Origin: Eledone cirrhosa
Taxonomy: Eukaryota
DNA length: 64,000 nt
Reading direction: 5' to 3'
NCBI GenBank assembly: GCA_964016885.1
Contig: CAXHJY010001429.1
Location: 1-64,000, forward strand
The notes beneath the pieces are model-generated. The model searched no databases. It saw nothing but the letters and a program-made list of their open reading frames with translations, and had not been told where the DNA came from. Each line of letters starts with the position of its first letter. Position 1 is the stretch's first letter. A program made the translations under genes and the position numbers. Shown piece after piece: positions 27,421 to 41,400 of this stretch.

Positions 27421-29463
27421 TCACGCCACACATAGCCAATGAGTGTCTGCACATGTACCAGTAATTACAGATCGATCCGACCACGGGCGGCCGGCCCGCG
27501 ATTGAAAAGGTAACTCCGCCGGCAAATCGTCATTTTTGGATTCGTTTTCTTCGAAGCACACCATTCGCCGGCGGACTTTGTTGACGTTTAACACGGTTTG
27601 GTTCCACAGCCACAACTATTGATTTTACGGAGATATCTTGCTGAAATTCACGCCACACATAGCCAATGAGTGTCTGCACATGTACCAGTAATTACAGATC
27701 GATCCGACCACGGGCGGCCGGCCCGCGATTGAAAAGGTAACTCCGCCGGCAAATCGTCATTTTTGGATTCGTTTTCTTCGAAGCACACCATTCGCCGGCG
27801 GACTTTGTTGACGTTTAACACGGTTTGGTTCCACAGCCACAACTATTGAATTTACGGAGATATCTTGCTGAAATTCACGCCACACATAGCCAATGAGTGT
27901 CTGCACATGTACCAGTAATTACAGATCGATCCGACCACGGGCGGCCGGCCCGCGATTGAAAAGGTAACTCCGCCGGCAAATCGTCATTTTTGGATTCGTT
28001 TTCTTCGAAGCACACCATTCGCCGGCGGACTTTGTTGACGTTTAACACGGTTTGGTTCCACAGCCACAACTATTGATTTTACGGAGATATCTTGCTGAAA
28101 TTCACGCCACACATAGCCAATGAGTGTCTGCACATGTACCAGTAATTACAGATCGATCCGACCACGGGCGGCCGGCCCGCGATTGAAAAGGTAACTCCGC
28201 CGGCAAATCGTCATTTTTGGATTCGTTTTCTTCGAAGCACACCATTCGCCGGCGGACTTTGTTGACGTTTAACACGGTTTGGTTCCACAGCCACAACTAT
28301 TGAATTCACGGAGATATCTTGCTGAAATTCACGCCACACATAGCCAATGAGTGTCTGCACATGTACCAGTAATTACAGATCGATCCGACCACGGGCGGCC
28401 GGCCCGCGATTGAAAAGGTAACTCCGCCGGCAAATCGTCATTTTTGGATTCGTTTTCTTCGAAGCACACTATTCGCCGGCGGACTTTGTTGACGTTTAAC
28501 ACGGTTTGGTTCCACAGCCACAACTATTGATTTTACGGAGATATCTTGCTGAAATTCACGCCGCACATAGCCAATGAGTGTCTGCACATGTACCAGTAAT
28601 TACAGATCTATCCGACCACGGGCGGCCGGCCCGCGATTGAAAAGGTAACTCCGCCGGCAAATCGTCATTTTTGGATTCGTTTTCTTCGAAGCACACCATT
28701 CGCCGGCGGACTTTGTTGACGTTTAACACGGTTTGGTTCCACAGCCACAACTATTGATTTTACGGAGATATCTTGCTGAAATTCACGCCACACATAGCCA
28801 ATGAGTGTCTGCACATGTACCAGTAATTACAGATCGATCCGACCACGGGCGGCCGGCCCGCGATTGAAAAGGTAGCTCCGCCGGCAAATCGTCATTTTTG
28901 GATTCGTTTTCTTCGAAGCACACCATTCGCCGGCGGACTTTGTTGACGTTTAACACGGTTTGGTTCCACAGCCACAACTATTGATTTTACGGAGATATCT
29001 TGCTGAAATTCACGCCACACATAGCCAATGAGTGTCTGCACATGTACCAGTAATTACAGATCGATCCGACCACGGGCGGCCGGCCCGCGATTGAAAAGGT
29101 AACTCCGCCGGCAAATCGTCATTTTTGGATTCGTTTTCTTCGAAGCACACCATTCGCCGGCGGACTTTGTTGACGTTTAACACGGTTTGGTTCCACAGCC
29201 ACAACTATTGAATTTACGGAGATATCTTGCTGAAATTCACGCCACACATAGCCAATGAGTGTCTGCACATGTACCAGTAATTACAGATCGATCCGACCAC
29301 GGGCGGCCGGCCCGCGATTGAAAAGGTAACTCCGCCGGCAAATCGTCATTTTTGGATTCGTTTTCTTCGAAGCACACCATTCGCCGGCGGACTTTGTTGA
29401 CGTTTAACACGGTTTGGTTCCACAGCCACAACTATTGATTTTACGGAGATATCTTGCTGAAAT
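26740..29463. repeat. Tandem 6-monomer (1362 bp) duplication
   Basis: The series gaattcac / cactattc / agatct / consensus / gaattt / consensus occurs in units 26740-27875 and again in 28102-29237, with one private SNP (ggtagct, ~28875) in the second copy. Confidence 0.8.
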
Positions 29464-32400
29464 TCACGCCACACATAGCCAATGAGTGTCTGCACATGTA
29501 CCAGTAATTACAGATCGATCCGACCACGGGCGGCCGGCCCGCGATTGAAAAGGTAACTCCGCCGGCAAATCGTCATTTTTGGATTCGTTTTCTTCGAAGC
29601 ACACCATTCGCCGGCGGACTTTGTTGACGTTTAACACGGTTTGGTTCCACAGCCACAACTATTGATTTTACGGAGATATCTTGCTGAAATTCACGCCGCA
29701 CATAGCCAATGAGTGTCTGCACATGTACCAGTAATTACAGATCGATCCGACCACGGGCGGCCGGTCCGCGATTGAAAAGGTAACTCCGCCGGCAAATCGT
29801 CATTTTTGGATTCGTTTTCTTCGAAGCACACCATTCGCCGGCGGACTTTGTTGACGTTTAACACGGTTTGGTTCCACAGCCACAACTATTGATTTTACGG
29901 AGATATCTTGCTGAAATTCACGCCACACATAGCCAATGAGTGTCTGCACATGTACCAGTAATTACAGATCGATCCGACCACGGGCGGCCGGCCCGCGATT
30001 GAAAAGGTAACTCCGCCGGCAAATCGTCATTTTTGGATTCGTTTTCTTCGAAGCACACCATTCGCCGGCGGACTTTGTTGACGTTTAACACGGTTTGGTT
30101 CCACAGCCACAACTATTGATTTTACGGAGATATCTTGCTGAAATTCACGCCGCACATAGCCAATGAGTGTCTGCACATGTACCAGTAATTACAGATCGAT
30201 CCGACCACGGGCGGCCGGTCCGCGATTGAAAAGGTAACTCCGCCGGCAAATCGTCATTTTTGGATTCGTTTTCTTCGAAGCACACCATTCGCCGGCGGAC
30301 TTTGTTGACGTTTAACACGGTTTGGTTCCACAGCCACAACTATTGATTTTACGGAGATATCTTGCTGAAATTCACGCCACACATAGCCAATGAGTGTCTG
30401 CACATGTACCAGTAATTACAGATCGATCCGACCACGGGCGGCCGGCCCGCGATTGAAAAGGTAACTCCGCCGGCAAATCGTCATTTTTGGATTCGTTTTC
30501 TTCGAAGCACACCATTCGCCGGCGGACTTTGTTGACGTTTAACACGGTTTGGTTCCACAGCCACAACTATTGATTTTACGGAGATATCTTGCTGAAATTC
30601 ACGCCGCACATAGCCAATGAGTGTCTGCACATGTACCAGTAATTACAGATCGATCCGACCACTGGCGGCCGGCCCGCGATTGAAAAGGTAACTCCGCCGG
30701 CAAATCGTCATTTTTGGATTCGTTTTCTTCGAAGCACACCATTCGCCGGCGGACATTGTTGACGTTTAACACGGTTTGGTTCCACAGCCACAACTATTGA
30801 TTTTACGGAGATATCTTGCTGAAATTCACGCCACACATAGCCAATGAGTGTCTGCACATGTACCAGTAATTACAGATCGATCCGACCACGGGCGGCCGGC
30901 CCGCGATTGAAAAGGTAACTCCGCCGGCAAATCGTCATTTTTGGATTCGTTTTCTTCGAAGCACACCATTCGCCGGCGGACTTTGTTGACGTTTAACACG
31001 GTTTGGTTCCACAGCCACAACTATTGAATTTACGGAGATATCTTGCTGAAATTCACGCCACACATAGCCAATGAGTGTCTGCACATGTACCAGTAATTAC
31101 AGATCGATCCGACCACGGGCGGCCGGCCCGCGATTGAAAAGGTAACTCCGCCGGCAAATCGTCATTTTTGGATTCGTTTTCTTCGAAGCACACCATTCGC
31201 CGGCGGACTTTGTTGACGTTTAACACGGTTTGGTTCCACAGCCACAACTATTGATTTTACGGAGATATCTTGCTGAAATTCACGCCGCACATAGCCAATG
31301 AGTGTCTGCACATGTACCAGTAATTACAGATCGATCCGACCACGGGCGGCCGGTCCGCGATTGAAAAGGTAACTCCGCCGGCAAATCGTCATTTTTGGAT
31401 TCGTTTTCTTCGAAGCACACCATTCGCCGGCGGACTTTGTTGACGTTTAACACGGTTTGGTTCCACAGCCACAACTATTGAATTCACGGAGATATCTTGC
31501 TGAAATTCACGCCACACATAGCCAATGAGTGTCTGCACATGTACCAGTAATTACAGATCGATCCGACCACGGGCGGCCGGCCCGCGATTAAAAAGGTAAC
31601 TCCGCCGGCAAATCGTCATTTTTGGATTCGTTTTCTTCGAAGCACACCATTCGCCGGCGGACTTTGTTGACGTTTAACACGGTTTGGTTCCACAGCCACA
31701 ACTATTGATTTTACGGAGATATCTTGCTGAAATTCACGCCGCACATAGCCAATGAGTGTCTGCACATGTACCAGTAATTACAGATCTATCCGACCACGGG
31801 CGGCCGGCCCGCGATTGAAAAGGTAACTCCGCCGGCAAATCGTCATTTTTGGATTCGTTTTCTTCGAAGCACACCATTCGCCGGCGGACTTTGTTGACGT
31901 TTAACACGGTTTGGTTCCACAGCCACAACTATTGATTTTACGGAGATATCTTGCTGAAATTCACGCCACACATAGCCAATGAGTGTCTGCACATGTACCA
32001 GTAATTACAGATCGATCCGACCACGGGCGGCCGGCCCGCGATTGAAAAGGTAACTCCGCCGGCAAATCGTCATTTTTGGATTCGTTTTCTTCGAAGCACA
32101 CCATTCGCCGGCGGACTTTGTTGACGTTTAACACGGTTTGGTTCCACAGCCACAACTATTGATTTTACGGAGATATCTTGCTGAAATTCACGCCGCACAT
32201 AGCCAATGAGTGTCTGCACATGTACCAGTAATTACAGATCTATCCGACCACGGGCGGCCGGCCCGCGATTGAAAAGGTAACTCCGCCGGCAAATCGTCAT
32301 TTTTGGATTCGTTTTCTTCGAAGCACACCATTCGCCGGCGGACTTTGTTGACGTTTAACACGGTTTGGTTCCACAGCCACAACTATTGATTTTACGGAGA

Positions 32401-35400
32401 TATCTTGCTGAAATTCACGCCACACATAGCCAATGAGTGTCTGCACATGTACCAGTAATTACAGATCGATCCGACCACGGGCGGCCGGCCCGCGATTGAA
32501 AAGGTAACTCCGCCGGCAAATCGTCATTTTTGGATTCGTTTTCTTCGAAGCACACCATTCGCCGGCGGACTTTGTTGACGTTTAACACGGTTTGGTTCCA
32601 CAGCCACAACTATTGATTTTACGGAGATATCTTGCTGAAATTCACGCCACACATAGCCAATGAGTGTCTGCACATGTACCAGTAATTACAGATCGATCCG
32701 ACCACGGGCGGCCGGCCCGCGATTGAAAAGGTAACTCCGCCGGCAAATCGTCATTTTTGGATTCGTTTTCTTCGAAGCACACCATTCGCCGGCGGACTTT
32801 GTTGACGTTTAACACGGTTTGGTTCCACAGCCACAACTATTGAATTTACGGAGATATCTTGCTGAAATTCACGCCACACATAGCCAATGAGTGTCTGCAC
32901 ATGTACCAGTAATTACAGATCGATCCGACCACGGGCGGCCGGCCCGCGATTGAAAAGGTAACTCCGCCGGCAAATCGTCATTTTTGGATTCGTTTTCTTC
33001 GAAGCACACCATTCGCCGGCGGACTTTGTTGACGTTTAACACGGTTTGGTTCCACAGCCACAACTATTGAATTCACGGAGATATCTTGCTGAAATTCACG
33101 CCACACATAGCCAATGAGTGTCTGCACATGTACCAGTAATTACAGATCGATCCGACCACGGGCGGCCGGCCCGCGATTGAAAAGGTAACTCCGCCGGCAA
33201 ATCGTCATTTTTGGATTCGTTTTCTTCGAAGCACACCATTCGCCGGCGGACTTTGTTGACGTTTAACACGGTTTGGTTCCACAGCCACAACTATTGATTT
33301 TACGGAGATATCTTGCTGAAATTCACGCCACACATAGCCAATGAGTGTCTGCACATGTACCAGTAATTACAGATCGATCCGACCACGGGCGGCCGGCCCG
33401 CGATTAAAAAGGTAACTCCGCCGGCAAATCGTCATTTTTGGATTCGTTTTCTTCGAAGCACACCATTCGCCGGCGGACTTTGTTGACGTTTAACACGGTT
33501 TGGTTCCACAGCCACAACTATTGATTTTACGGAGATATCTTGCTGAAATTCACGCCGCACATAGCCAATGAGTGTCTGCACATGTACCAGTAATTACAGA
33601 TCTATCCGACCACGGGCGGCCGGCCCGCGATTGAAAAGGTAACTCCGCCGGCAAATCGTCATTTTTGGATTCGTTTTCTTCGAAGCACACCATTCGCCGG
33701 CGGACTTTGTTGACGTTTAACACGGTTTGGTTCCACAGCCACAACTATTGATTTTACGGAGATATCTTGCTGAAATTCACGCCACACATAGCCAATGAGT
33801 GTCTGCACATGTACCAGTAATTACAGATCGATCCGACCACGGGCGGCCGGCCCGCGATTGAAAAGGTAACTCCGCCGGCAAATCGTCATTTTTGGATTCG
33901 TTTTCTTCGAAGCACACCATTCGCCGGCGGACTTTGTTGACGTTTAACACGGTTTGGTTCCACAGCCACAACTATTGATTTTACGGAGATATCTTGCTTA
34001 AATTCACGCCACACATAGCCAATGAGTGTCTGCACATGTACCAGTAATTACAGATCGATCCGACCACGGGCGGCCGGCCCGCGATTGAAAAGGTAACTCC
34101 GCCGGCAAATCGTCATTTTTGGATTCGTTTTCTTCGAAGCACACCATTCGCCGGCGGACTTTGTTGACGTTTAACACGGTTTGGTTCCACAGCCACAACT
34201 ATTGATTTTACGGAGATATCTTGCTGAAATTCACGCCGCACATAGCCAATGAGTGTCTGCACATGTACCAGTAATTACAGATCGATCCGACCACGGGCGG
34301 CCGGTCCGCGATTGAAAAGGTAACTCCGCCGGCAAATCGTCATTTTTGGATTCGTTTTCTTCGAAGCACACCATTCGCCGGCGGACTTTGTTGACGTTTA
34401 ACACGGTTTGGTTCCACAGCCACAACTATTGAATTCACGGAGATATCTTGCTGAAATTCACGCCACACATAGCCAATGAGTGTCTGCACATGTACCAGTA
34501 ATTACAGATCGATCCGACCACGGGCGGCCGGCCCGCGATTGAAAAGGTAACTCCGCCGGCAAATCGTCATTTTTGGATTCGTTTTCTTCGAAGCACACCA
34601 TTCGCCGGCGGACTTTGTTGACGTTTAACACGGTTTGGTTCCACAGCCACAACTATTGATTTTACGGAGATATCTTGCTGAAATTCACGCCACACATAGC
34701 CAATGAGTGTCTGCACATGTACCAGTAATTACAGATCTATCCGACCACGGGCGGCCGGCCCGCGATTGAAAAGGTAACTCCGCCGGCAAATCGTCATTTT
34801 TGGATTCGTTTTCTTCGAAGCACACCATTCGCCGGCGGACTTTGTTGACGTTTAACACGGTTTGGTTCCACAGCCACAACTATTGATTTTACGGAGATAT
34901 CTTGCTGAAATTCACGCCACACATAGCCAATGAGTGTCTGCACATGTACCAGTAATTACAGATCGATCCGACCACGGGCGGCCGGCCCGCGATTGAAAAG
35001 GTAACTCCGCCGGCAAATCGTCATTTTTGGATTCGTTTTCTTCGAAGCACACCATTCGCCGGCGGACTTTGTTGACGTTTAACACGGTTTGGTTCCACAG
35101 CCACAACTATTGATTTTACGGAGATATCTTGCTGAAATTCACGCCACACATAGCCAATGAGTGTCTGCACATGTACCAGTAATTACAGATCGATCCGACC
35201 ACGGGCGGCCGGCCCGCGATTGAAAAGGTAACTCCGCCGGCAAATCGTCATTTTTGGATTCGTTTTCTTCGAAGCACACCATTCGCCGGCGGACTTTGTT
35301 GACGTTTAACACGGTTTGGTTCCACAGCCACAACTATTGATTTTACGGAGATATCTTGCTGAAATTCACGCCACACATAGCCAATGAGTGTCTGCACATG

Positions 35401-38400
35401 TACCAGTAATTACAGATCGATCCGACCACGGGCGGCCGGCCCGCGATTGAAAAGGTAACTCCGCCGGCAAATCGTCATTTTTGGATTCGTTTTCTTCGAA
35501 GCACACCATTCGCCGGCGGACTTTGTTGACGTTTAACACGGTTTGGTTCCACAGCCACAACTATTGATTTTACGGAGATATCTTGCTGAAATTCACGCCA
35601 CACATAGCCAATGAGTGTCTGCACATGTACCAGTAATTACAGATCGATCCGACCACGGGCGGCCGGCCCGCGATTGAAAAGGTAACTCCGCCGGCAAATC
35701 GTCATTTTTGGATTCGTTTTCTTCGAAGCACACCATTCGCCGGCGGACTTTGTTGACGTTTAACACGGTTTGGTTCCACAGCCACAACTATTGATTTTAC
35801 GGAGATATCTTGCTGAAATTCACGCCGCACATAGCCAATGAGTGTCTGCACATGTACCAGTAATTACAGATCGATCCGACCACGGGCGGCCGGTCCGCGA
35901 TTGAAAAGGTAACTCCGCCGGCAAATCGTCATTTTTGGATTCGTTTTCTTCGAAGCACACCATTCGCCGGCGGACTTTGTTGACGTTTAACACGGTTTGG
36001 TTCCACAGCCACAACTATTGATTTTACGGAGATATCTTGCTGAAATTCACGCCGCACATAGCCAATGAGTGTCTGCACATGTACCAGTAATTACAGATCG
36101 ATCCGACCACGGGCGGCCGGCCCGCGATTGAAAAGGTAACTCCGCCGGCAAATCGTCATTTTTGGATTCGTTTTCTTCGAAGCACACCATTCGCCGGCGG
36201 ACTTTGTTGATCTTTTAACACGGTTTGGTTCCACAGCCACAACTATTGATTTTACGGAGATATCTTGCTGAAATTCACGCCACACATAGCCAATGAGTGT
36301 CTGCACATGTACCAGTAATTACAGATCGATCCGACCACGGGCGGCCGGCCCGCGATTGAAAAGGTAACTCCGCCGGCAAATCGTCATTTTTGGATTCGTT
36401 TTCTTCGAAGCACACCATTCGCCGGCGGACTTTGTTGACGTTTAACACGGTTTGGTTCCACAGCCACAACTATTGATTTTACGGAGATATCTTGCTGAAA
36501 TTCACGCCGCACATAGCCAATGAGTGTCTGCACATGTACCAGTAATTACAGATCGATCCGACCACGGGCGGCCGGTCCGCGATTGAAAAGGTAACTCCGC
36601 CGGCAAATCGTCATTTTTGGATTCGTTTTCTTCGAAGCACACCATTCGCCGGCGGACTTTGTTGACGTTTAACACGGTTTGGTTCCACAGCCACAACTAT
36701 TGATTTTACGGAGATATCTTGCTGAAATTCACGCCGCACATAGCCAATGAGTGTCTGCACATGTACCAGTAATTACAGATCGATCCGACCACGGGCGGCC
36801 GGCCCGCGATTGAAAAGGTAACTCCGCCGGCAAATCGTCATTTTTGGATTCGTTTTCTTCGAAGCACACCATTCGCCGGCGGACTTTGTTGATCTTTTAA
36901 CACGGTTTGGTTCCACAGCCACAACTATTGATTTTACGGAGATATCTTGCTGAAATTCACGCCGCACATAGCCAATGAGTGTCTGCACATGTACCAGTAA
37001 TTACAGATCGATCCGACCACGGGCGGCCGGCCCGCGATTGAAAAGGTAACTCCGCCGGCAAATCGTCATTTTTGGATTCGTTTTCTTCGAAGCACACCAT
37101 TCGCCGGCGGACTTTGTTGACGTTTAACACGGTTTGGTTCCACAGCCACAACTATTGATTTTACGGAGATATCTTGCTGAAATTCACGCCACACATAGCC
37201 AATGAGTGTCTGCACATGTACCAGTAATTACAGATCGATCCGACCACGGGCGGCCGGCCCGCGATTAAAAAGGTAACTCCGCCGGCAAATCGTCATTTTT
37301 GGATTCGTTTTCTTCGAAGCACACCATTCGCCGGCGGACTTTGTTGACGTTTAACACGGTTTGGTTCCACAGCCACAACTATTGAATTTACGGAGATATC
37401 TTGCTGAAATTCACGCCGCACATAGCCAATGAGTGTCTGCACATGTACCAGTAATTACAGATCGATCCGACCACGGGCGGCCGGCCCGCGATTGAAAAGG
37501 TAACTCCGCCGGCAAATCGTCATTTTTGGATTCGTTTTCTTCGAAGCACACCATTCGCCGGCGGACATTGTTGACGTTTAACACGGTTTGGTTCCACAGC
37601 CACAACTATTGATTTTACGGAGATATCTTGCTGAAATTCACGCCACACATAGCCAATGAGTGTCTGCACATGTACCAGTAATTACAGATCGATCCGACCA
37701 CGGGCGGCCGGCCCGCGATTGAAAAGGTAACTCCGCCGGCAAATCGTCATTTTTGGATTCGTTTTCTTCGAAGCACACCATTCGCCGGCGGACTTTGTTG
37801 ACGTTTAACACGGTTTGGTTCCACAGCCACAACTATTGATTTTACGGAGATATCTTGCTGAAATTCACGCCGCACATAGCCAATGAGTGTCTGCACATGT
37901 ACCAGTAATTACAGATCGATCCGACCACGGGCGGCCGGCCCGCGATTGAAAAGGTAACTCCGCCGGCAAATCGTCATTTTTGGATTCGTTTTCTTCGAAG
38001 CACACCATTCGCCGGCGGACATTGTTGACGTTTAACACGGTTTGGTTCCACAGCCACAACTATTGATTTTACGGAGATATCTTGCTGAAATTCACGCCAC
38101 ACATAGCCAATGAGTGTCTGCACATGTACCAGTAATTACAGATCGATCCGACCACGGGCGGCCGGCCCGCGATTGAAAAGGTAACTCCGCCGGCAAATCG
38201 TCATTTTTGGATTCGTTTTCTTCGAAGCACACCATTCGCCGGCGGACTTTGTTGACGTTTAACACGGTTTGGTTCCACAGCCACAACTATTGAATTTACG
38301 GAGATATCTTGCTGAAATTCACGCCACACATAGCCAATGAGTGTCTGCACATGTACCAGTAATTACAGATCGATCCGACCACGGGCGGCCGGCCCGCGAT

Positions 38401-41400
38401 TGAAAAGGTAACTCCGCCGGCAAATCGTCATTTTTGGATTCGTTTTCTTCGAAGCACACCATTCGCCGGCGGACTTTGTTGACGTTTAACACGGTTTGGT
38501 TCCACAGCCACAACTATTGATTTTACGGAGATATCTTGCTGAAATTCACGCCGCACATAGCCAATGAGTGTCTGCACATGTACCAGTAATTACAGATCGA
38601 TCCGACCACGGGCGGCCGGCCCGCGATTGAAAAGGTAACTCCGCCGGCAAATCGTCATTTTTGGATTCGTTTTCTTCGAAGCACACCATTCGCCGGCGGA
38701 CTTTGTTGACGTTTAACACGGTTTGGTTCCACAGCCACAACTATTGATTTTACGGAGATATCTTGCTGAAATTCACGCCGCACATAGCCAATGAGTGTCT
38801 GCACATGTACCAGTAATTACAGATCTATCCGACCACGGGCGGCCGGCCCGCGATTGAAAAGGTAACTCCGCCGGCAAATCGTCATTTTTGGATTCGTTTT
38901 CTTCGAAGCACACCATTCGCCGGCGGACTTTGTTGACGTTTAACACGGTTTGGTTCCACAGCCACAACTATTGATTTTACGGAGATATCTTGCTGAAATT
39001 CACGCCGCACATAGCCAATGAGTGTCTGCACATGTACCAGTAATTACAGATCGATCCGACCACGGGCGGCCGGTCCGCGATTGAAAAGGTAACTCCGCCG
39101 GCAAATCGTCATTTTTGGATTCGTTTTCTTCGAAGCACACCATTCGCCGGCGGACTTTGTTGACGTTTAACACGGTTTGGTTCCACAGCCACAACTATTG
39201 AATTCACGGAGATATCTTGCTGAAATCCACGCCACACATAGCCAATGAGTGTCTGCACATGTACCAGTAATTACAGATCGATCCGACCACGGGCGGCCGG
39301 CCCGCGATTGAAAAGGTAACTCCGCCGGCAAATCGTCATTTTTGGATTCGTTTTCTTCGAAGCACACCATTCGCCGGCGGACTTTGTTGACGTTTAACAC
39401 GGTTTGGTTCCACAGCCACAACTATTGATTTTACGGAGATATCTTGCTGAAATTCACGCCGCACATAGCCAATGAGTGTCTGCACATGTACCAGTAATTA
39501 CAGATCGATCCGACCACGGGCGGCCGGCCCGCGATTGAAAAGGTAACTCCGCCGGCAAATCGTCATTTTTGGATTCGTTTTCTTCGAAGCACACCATTCG
39601 CCGGCGGACTTTGTTGATCTTTTAACACGGTTTGGTTCCACAGCCACAACTATTGATTTTACGGAGATATCTTGCTGAAATTCACGCCACACATAGCCAA
39701 TGAGTGTCTGCACATGTACCAGTAATTACAGATCGATCCGACCACGGGCGGCCGGCCCGCGATTGAAAAGGTAACTCCGCCGGCAAATCGTCATTTTTGG
39801 ATTCGTTTTCTTCGAAGCACACCATTCGCCGGCGGACTTTGTTGACGTTTAACACGGTTTGGTTCCACAGCCACAACTATTGATTTTACGGAGATATCTT
39901 GCTGAAATTCACGCCACACATAGCCAATGAGTGTCTGCACATGTACCAGTAATTACAGATCGATCCGACCACGGGCGGCCGGCCCGCGATTGAAAAGGTA
40001 ACTCCGCCGGCAAATCGTCATTTTTGGATTCGTTTTCTTCGAAGCACACCATTCGCCGGCGGACTTTGTTGACGTTTAACACGGTTTGGTTCCACAGCCA
40101 CAACTATTGATTTTACGGAGATATCTTGCTGAAATTCACGCCGCACATAGCCAATGAGTGTCTGCACATGTACCAGTAATTACAGATCGATCCGACCACG
40201 GGCGGCCGGTCCGCGATTGAAAAGGTAACTCCGCCGGCAAATCGTCATTTTTGGATTCGTTTTCTTCGAAGCACACCATTCGCCGGCGGACTTTGTTGAC
40301 GTTTAACACGGTTTGGTTCCACAGCCACAACTATTGATTTTACGGAGATATCTTGCTGAAATTCACGCCGCACATAGCCAATGAGTGTCTGCACATGTAC
40401 CAGTAATTACAGATCGATCCGACCACGGGCGGCCGGCCCGCGATTGAAAAGGTAACTCCGCCGGCAAATCGTCATTTTTGGATTCGTTTTCTTCGAAGCA
40501 CACCATTCGCCGGCGGACTTTGTTGATCTTTTAACACGGTTTGGTTCCACAGCCACAACTATTGATTTTACGGAGATATCTTGCTGAAATTCACGCCGCA
40601 CATAGCCAATGAGTGTCTGCACATGTACCAGTAATTACAGATCGATCCGACCACGGGCGGCCGGCCCGCGATTGAAAAGGTAACTCCGCCGGCAAATCGT
40701 CATTTTTGGATTCGTTTTCTTCGAAGCACACCATTCGCCGGCGGACTTTGTTGACGTTTAACACGGTTTGGTTCCACAGCCACAACTATTGATTTTACGG
40801 AGATATCTTGCTGAAATTCACGCCACACATAGCCAATGAGTGTCTGCACATGTACCAGTAATTACAGATCGATCCGACCACGGGCGGCCGGCCCGCGATT
40901 AAAAAGGTAACTCCGCCGGCAAATCGTCATTTTTGGATTCGTTTTCTTCGAAGCACACCATTCGCCGGCGGACTTTGTTGACGTTTAACACGGTTTGGTT
41001 CCACAGCCACAACTATTGATTTTACGGAGATATCTTGCTGAAATTCACGCCGCACATAGCCAATGAGTGTCTGCACATGTACCAGTAATTACAGATCGAT
41101 CCGACCACGGGCGGCCGGCCCGCGATTGAAAAGGTAACTCCGCCGGCAAATCGTCATTTTTGGATTCGTTTTCTTCGAAGCACACCATTCGCCGGCGGAC
41201 ATTGTTGACGTTTAACACGGTTTGGTTCCACAGCCACAACTATTGATTTTACGGAGATATCTTGCTGAAATTCACGCCACACATAGCCAATGAGTGTCTG
41301 CACATGTACCAGTAATTACAGATCGATCCGACCACGGGCGGCCGGCCCGCGATTGAAAAGGTAACTCCGCCGGCAAATCGTCATTTTTGGATTCGTTTTC

